Virus record (IMG/VR): IMGVR_UViG_2576861727_000003
Direction: 5' to 3' (one strand)
DNA length: 20,000 bases
From: an uncultured virus (IMG/VR IMGVR_UViG_2576861727_000003)
Lineage: Duplodnaviria; Heunggongvirae; Uroviricota; Caudoviricetes
The translations under genes and the position numbers were made by a program. Below are positions 16,873 to 20,000 of this stretch, piece after piece. Positions within the stretch are counted from its first letter, which is position 1, and the number at the start of each line of letters is the position of its first letter. The notes beneath the pieces were generated by a model. The model did not search any database. It saw only the letters and a list, made by a program, of their open reading frames with translations, and was not told the DNA's origin.

Positions 16873-17028
16873 ATGTATGTCAATGAAAATGGTGAGTATG
16901 TTACAGTACGTTCTGGAAAGGATGAAGCTGGTGCGTATATAGAGTACCGCACATATCAGGATAATGGCTGGATACGCATTAATCGCGAGTATAATCACTG
17001 TACAACAGAAACGTTCGAAAGAGAATAA
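16873..17028 (+). CDS. small hypothetical protein
   Basis: AAGGAGG RBS, ATG 16873 (MYVNENGEY...). Confidence 0.65.
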   Translation: MYVNENGEYVTVRSGKDEAGAYIEYRTYQDNGWIRINREYNHCTTETFERE

Positions 17029-17070
17029 TTTTAGTTTTTTTGAGGTGGATAATAGATATTCACCTCGTAT

Positions 17071-17145
17071 TGGGCGTTCGTCAAGAGGTAAAGACCACAG
17101 GCTTTGACCCTGTTATCACTGGTTCGAATCCAGTACGCCCAACCA
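17071..17145 (+). tRNA. trnQ: tRNA-Gln(TTG)
   Basis: acceptor TGGGCGT/ACGCCCA, anticodon arm ACAGG-CTTTGAC-CCTGT, T arm ACTGG-TTCGAAT-CCAGT, encoded CCA. Confidence 0.95.
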
Positions 17146-17203
17146 CTTACGAGTTACACCTCCTTCGATTTATGGTACGTCGAGTAAAATCGGCGTATCA
17201 TTT

Positions 17204-17277
17204 GCTCCTGTAATCCAATAGGCAGAGATGGCAGATTTAGAATCTGTAAAGTATGGGTTCGAATCCCATCAGGAGCA
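17204..17277 (+). tRNA. trnL: tRNA-Leu(TAG), short variable loop
   Basis: acceptor GCTCCTG/CAGGAGC, anticodon arm GCAGA-TTTAGAA-TCTGT, T arm ATGGG-TTCGAAT-CCCAT. Confidence 0.9.
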
Positions 17278-17279
17278 TT

Positions 17280-17408
17280 TATGTAGTGGTGGAATAGGTA
17301 GACACAATGAGCAGATGATTAGCACAAGTACGCGCATAGTCGTTACTGTTGCCCCAGCTAGAGACTAATCATGTAAGGTGACAGAAATTCAAATCCTTAC
17401 CTACATAT
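17280..17408 (+). ncRNA. tRNA-like RNA with expanded central domain and enlarged T loop
   Basis: acceptor TATGTAG/CTACATA, D arm GTG-GAATAGGTAGA-CAC, stem ATGATTAG/CTAATCAT, T stem GTAAGG/CCTTAC with a 16-nt loop ending TTCAAAT. Confidence 0.65.
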
Positions 17409-17415
17409 TATATAT

Positions 17416-17497
17416 GCTCCTATGGCGAAATTGGCAAACGCGCTGACTTCAAGTATCAGTATCGAAAGGTTTCCGAGTTCGAGTCTCGGTAGGAGCA
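17416..17497 (+). tRNA. trnL: tRNA-Leu(CAA)
   Basis: acceptor GCTCCTA/TAGGAGC, loop TTCAAGT (one stem mismatch), variable arm ATC-GAAA-GGT, T arm CCGAG-TTCGAGT-CTCGG. Confidence 0.85.
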
Positions 17498-17499
17498 TT

Positions 17500-17821
17500 A
17501 CGGCAAAATCTACATACGACGAGAAGCTGTAGAAATTAGCCTACCCGCTGTGCGGGGTCTTGCGAAAGCAGGATAACGTTCCCGATAATACGTCACTGGA
17601 CTACCTAATGGGTTAATCGGCGTAAGAAAAGTCTTGCTTGGTAATACTTATTTCTCGGAGTATTATCTGACAGTTCGGAAAGACGAACATTTATTGGGGA
17701 GCGAACCCCGCCATAAAGACAAGCAGAAGTCTATAACATTCTGAGGGTTCGCCGTGCGTGGTACAGGGAGAAGGACAGAGACACGCATTTTTCTTCTATG
17801 TTGACAGCTCGGAAAGACGAG
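17500..17821 (+). ncRNA. two candidate structured RNAs, each ending in a TGACAG-N-TCGGAAAGACGA hairpin
   Basis: no plausible ORF; stems TCTACA/TGTAGA, CCCGC/GCGGG, TCTTGC-GAAA-GCAGGA, GCGAACCC/GGGTTCGC, TGCGTG/CACGCA; motif at 17668-17688 and 17802-17821. Confidence 0.5.
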
Positions 17822-17884
17822 AAGCGCCCGAACGTTTGAAATCTTGCAAGAGTATCCATCATTCGGATATAAAGGGCGCAACCA

Positions 17885-17969
17885 GTAGAGGTAGTTTAAT
17901 CGGTCAAAACAATCAGCGGTGAGGTCGCGGCTCACATGATAGTTGTAGGTTCGAATCCTGTCCTCTGCA
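17885..17969 (+). ncRNA. tRNA-like RNA with elongated anticodon arm
   Basis: acceptor GTAGAGG/CCTCTGC, D arm GTTT/AAAC, arm ATCA/TGAT + internal loop + GTGAG/CTCAC, T loop TTCGAAT. Confidence 0.7.
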
Positions 17970-17973
17970 CTAA

Positions 17974-18381
17974 GGCGATACTCTTCGAGCCTTGGTTGAC
18001 AACCGAATTTACGGGAAAGAGCGTTAGGCACATTCGTAATATGTGTAGGTTATGCGACAAACCTAGTATGGTATACCATTACTGAACAGCTAGTCACCGA
18101 GTCGTAGAAGATTAAAAAGTGGGGTGAATTGTGTCGCCCAGCGAATTGTGCCGCCTGTGATAAGGTTAGGCAGATTGGCTTAGTCAATACACAATGTAGA
18201 TAGACCTTCTTGCCCAAGGCTATCGAAAATGAAGAGTGGCGCAATGACGTACTTGACAGTTGAGCGTTGTTGTAAGACCGATTGAAATATCCGTCCGTGG
18301 TGTTAAACTGTAGGAGCAGCGGTCGAAGTAGTCTAAAGGAGTCCGCTTACCTGTGGAGCTGGTGGTCTTAAACAGGTGATA
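17974..18381 (+). ncRNA. large structured ncRNA, ROOL-like (compact)
   Basis: long-range helices ACTCTTC/GAAGAGT and AGCCTTGG/CCAAGGCT, ACAGTT/AACTGT with pseudoknot GACCG/CGGTC, ACCTGT/ACAGGT; tRNA-island context; family resemblance is from memory, not a search. Confidence 0.65.
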
Positions 18382-18382
18382 T

Positions 18383-18503
18383 GCAGAATTGATGGAAGTG
18401 GCAGACATTCGGGGTCAAGGGTTTGAGCGAACATCCGCAACCGTAGCCCTAAGTCTAATAGATGTTGGATTAGACATTGCAGGTTCGAGTCCTGTATTCT
18501 GCA
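18383..18503 (+). ncRNA. tRNA-like RNA with extended anticodon and variable arms whose loops are complementary
   Basis: acceptor GCAGAAT/ATTCTGC, D arm ATG/CAT with TGGCA, T arm GCAGG-TTCGAGT-CCTGT, arm GTCTAAT/ATTAGAC; loops AACATC and GATGTT. Confidence 0.7.
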
Positions 18504-18514
18504 TTTGATACACT

Positions 18515-18539
18515 AAGGGTTCAAATCCCTTCTCACCCA
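18515..18539 (+). pseudogene. tRNA 3' fragment (T arm plus acceptor 3' strand)
   Basis: AAGGG-TTCAAAT-CCCTT-CTCACCC-A with no matching 5' half upstream. Confidence 0.55.
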
Positions 18540-18570
18540 ATAATTAATTATAATGCGAAAGGAGTATAAT

Positions 18571-18768
18571 ATGAAAAAAATATATGTTGTTGTTCATGGT
18601 GCATATGATGATTGCCGTATATTAGCTGTATGTACATCTAAAGAAAGAGCAATGGAAATTGCAGACCAATACAATATGTTATATACAAGTTACGAGGGAG
18701 AAGAAGCAAGCATAGACGAATATGAGGACGGTTATTGTTATCAGTTAAAAGATATTGGATATTTCTGA
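18571..18768 (+). CDS. small hypothetical phage protein
   Basis: AAGGAG RBS, ATG 18571; KIYVV..G.Y....ILAV..SKERA pattern. Confidence 0.8.
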   Translation: MKKIYVVVHGAYDDCRILAVCTSKERAMEIADQYNMLYTSYEGEEASIDEYEDGYCYQLKDIGYF

Positions 18769-18783
18769 TGCTGTCATTAATAT

Positions 18784-18869
18784 GCAGAGGTGGCGGAATA
18801 ATTTGGCAGTCGCTAATCCTATTTAGGTGAGAGAACGGTCTCGTACAGGTTCGAATCCTGTCCTCTGCA
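18784..18869 (+). ncRNA. tRNA-like RNA with truncated anticodon arm
   Basis: acceptor GCAGAGG/CCTCTGC, D arm GCG/CGC, mini-arm CCT-ATTT-AGG, variable arm GAGA/TCTC, T arm ACAGG-TTCGAAT-CCTGT. Confidence 0.7.
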
Positions 18870-18947
18870 CTAACAGGTTAGGTAGTTAGCCTCTGGTTTT
18901 AGTCCAGCGTGGTTTAAGAATTGGAGAAATTGAGGGTGGTAATTTTT

Positions 18948-19109
18948 TTGAAGAAAAAACTTTGGGTTTTAGGTATCGGTATTTTAATATTTTTTGTCAC
19001 ATGGTTTGTCGTCTCTAACTTTGGAATTGAACCAATGCCAATTATACTTAATCTTTCATGTCCAGTAATATGCGCCCTTATATATTATGATGACGACGAG
19101 AATATTTAA
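18948..19109 (+). CDS. small membrane protein (two hydrophobic segments)
   Basis: GAGGGTGG RBS before TTG 18948, inside ORF 18921..19109. Confidence 0.6.
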   Translation: MKKKLWVLGIGILIFFVTWFVVSNFGIEPMPIILNLSCPVICALIYYDDDENI

Positions 19110-19123
19110 AAGGAGGTTTAATT

Positions 19124-19681
19124 ATGCAAATAATTAGTAATATCAATGATTTAAAAAAGATTGAAAGTGGTATTATATATGTTCCGACAAAATCGTTATA
19201 TGAGCTTTTGCTAAAAACAATATGTGAAAATAAATTTCAGTGGAAAACATGGTTAAGTTATTATTCAGAAGATTATGAATTTGCAATTCGAATTGAGCAT
19301 TTTGAAGTGCGTACATATGATAATTTAGCCTACTATAAAAGTCAGTCACATTTTAGTAATTATAATTATTACCAACTCGGATACGCGAGAAGAAATCCAA
19401 GTTATCGTGTTGGTGATATTGTTAAAATTTGTAGTAAACTCAGAAATCAGTGTTATTACGGTGGTGTATATTGCAATAAGCTTATGGTTGAGCATAATGG
19501 TGAGGCTCATGTTATTAAAGAAGTTCTGTTGGGATGTAGATATAGGGTAGTAGTAAATGAATCAACGTCTGAAGATTGGGTTTATAGTAATGATATGTTA
19601 GAGAATATCGTAATGATTAAAGATGTCGAAATTCCATGTTCAGATAACTTAGCTTTGTTGGGATATAAGGAGTTAAAATAA
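19124..19681 (+). CDS. hypothetical protein, IPYSEN-motif family (paralog of 14468..15067)
   Basis: AAGGAGG RBS; NINDLKKI..GII..FAIRI..VGDIVKI..VIKEV..YSNDM..IPCSDNL. Confidence 0.85.
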   Translation: MQIISNINDLKKIESGIIYVPTKSLYELLLKTICENKFQWKTWLSYYSEDYEFAIRIEHFEVRTYDNLAYYKSQSHFSNYNYYQLGYARRNPSYRVGDIVKICSKLRNQCYYGGVYCNKLMVEHNGEAHVIKEVLLGCRYRVVVNESTSEDWVYSNDMLENIVMIKDVEIPCSDNLALLGYKELK

Positions 19682-20000
19682 TGACAAATAATAACGAGTA
19701 TGATATGTCTGATTGCGGCACTTATGTAACGCTTCGGCGCGTAACAGAACAAGATGAACTTCTTGGAAGATTTGTTGGAGAAATTGGGGTGTTTCAGTGT
19801 ATAGACCCCGAAGACCCGAAAGTGGCGCTGGTAAAGTTCCGAGATTTTGGCGGGTATCGCGTATACAGAAACGATTTGAGTTTCTTCAAGACTGCAACAA
19901 TAGAATCGATTTTAGACGCATTCAACCTTGAAAACGCTACCGAACTTGTATCAAGGCTGAAAAAATATGTAAAGAAGGAGTGTAATACTATTGACAAACA
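19681..20000 (+). CDS. hypothetical protein (runs off the window end)
   Basis: AAGGAG RBS, TAATG overlap, frame open from ATG 19681 to the end. Confidence 0.7.
   Translation, partial: MTNNNEYDMSDCGTYVTLRRVTEQDELLGRFVGEIGVFQCIDPEDPKVALVKFRDFGGYRVYRNDLSFFKTATIESILDAFNLENATELVSRLKKYVKKECNTIDK

Larger units (their letters stand above)
17947..18873 (+). repeat. 27-bp exact direct repeat (17947-17973 and 18847-18873), the 3' ends of two tRNA-like RNAs
   Basis: AGGTTCGAATCCTGTCCTCTGCACTAA occurs twice, 900 bp apart. Confidence 0.85.

Noticed and set aside
17885..17969. Functional tRNA-Ala(CGC)
   Set aside because: The loop GTCGCGG sits on an over-long arm and the G3-U70 alanine determinant is absent
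17663..18408. Minus-strand ORFs across the second RNA island
   Set aside because: Antisense to structured RNAs, no RBS, no protein-like features
18784..18869. Amber suppressor tRNA (CTA triplet in the central region)
   Set aside because: No 5-bp stem with a 7-nt loop can centre CTA; the best local fold is CCT-ATTT-AGG
719..19997. Other minus-strand and nested ORFs in the track
   Set aside because: Shadows of RBS-supported plus-strand genes in a uniformly plus-strand region
1..20000. Stop-codon reassignment, suggested by theta-type ribozymes
   Set aside because: Long genes (736, 534, 436 aa) are intact in the standard code, TAG and TGA end genes right before the next RBS or a terminator, and no canonical suppressor tRNA is present

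Overview
AT-rich, densely packed, entirely plus-strand region typical of a large tailed phage (or prophage) of gut/rumen Firmicutes. It has about 40 mostly short hypothetical ORFs with strong AGGAG(G) ribosome-binding sites. Recognisable proteins: an XRE HTH regulator, an M28/M20-type Zn metallohydrolase, an HNH endonuclease, a DUF4406-like protein and two paralogous large proteins sharing an 'MS.GNSW.SCH..CYH.GCLSYALD' domain. The striking content is non-coding, in two RNA islands. Island 1 (~1940-2720) has two tandem minimal HDV-like (theta-type) ribozymes, a tRNA-Leu and a tRNA mimic carrying a stem+ACAGCA module that recurs stand-alone just downstream. Island 2 (~17040-18880) has three near-canonical tRNAs, four tRNA-like RNAs with rebuilt anticodon arms, a repeated GACAG/GAAA hairpin, and a ~410-nt highly structured ROOL-like RNA bracketed by two tRNA mimics. 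Five dispersed ORFs share a near-C-terminal IP(Y/I/C)S(E/D)N motif. All structure and family calls were made by eye; no searches were run.
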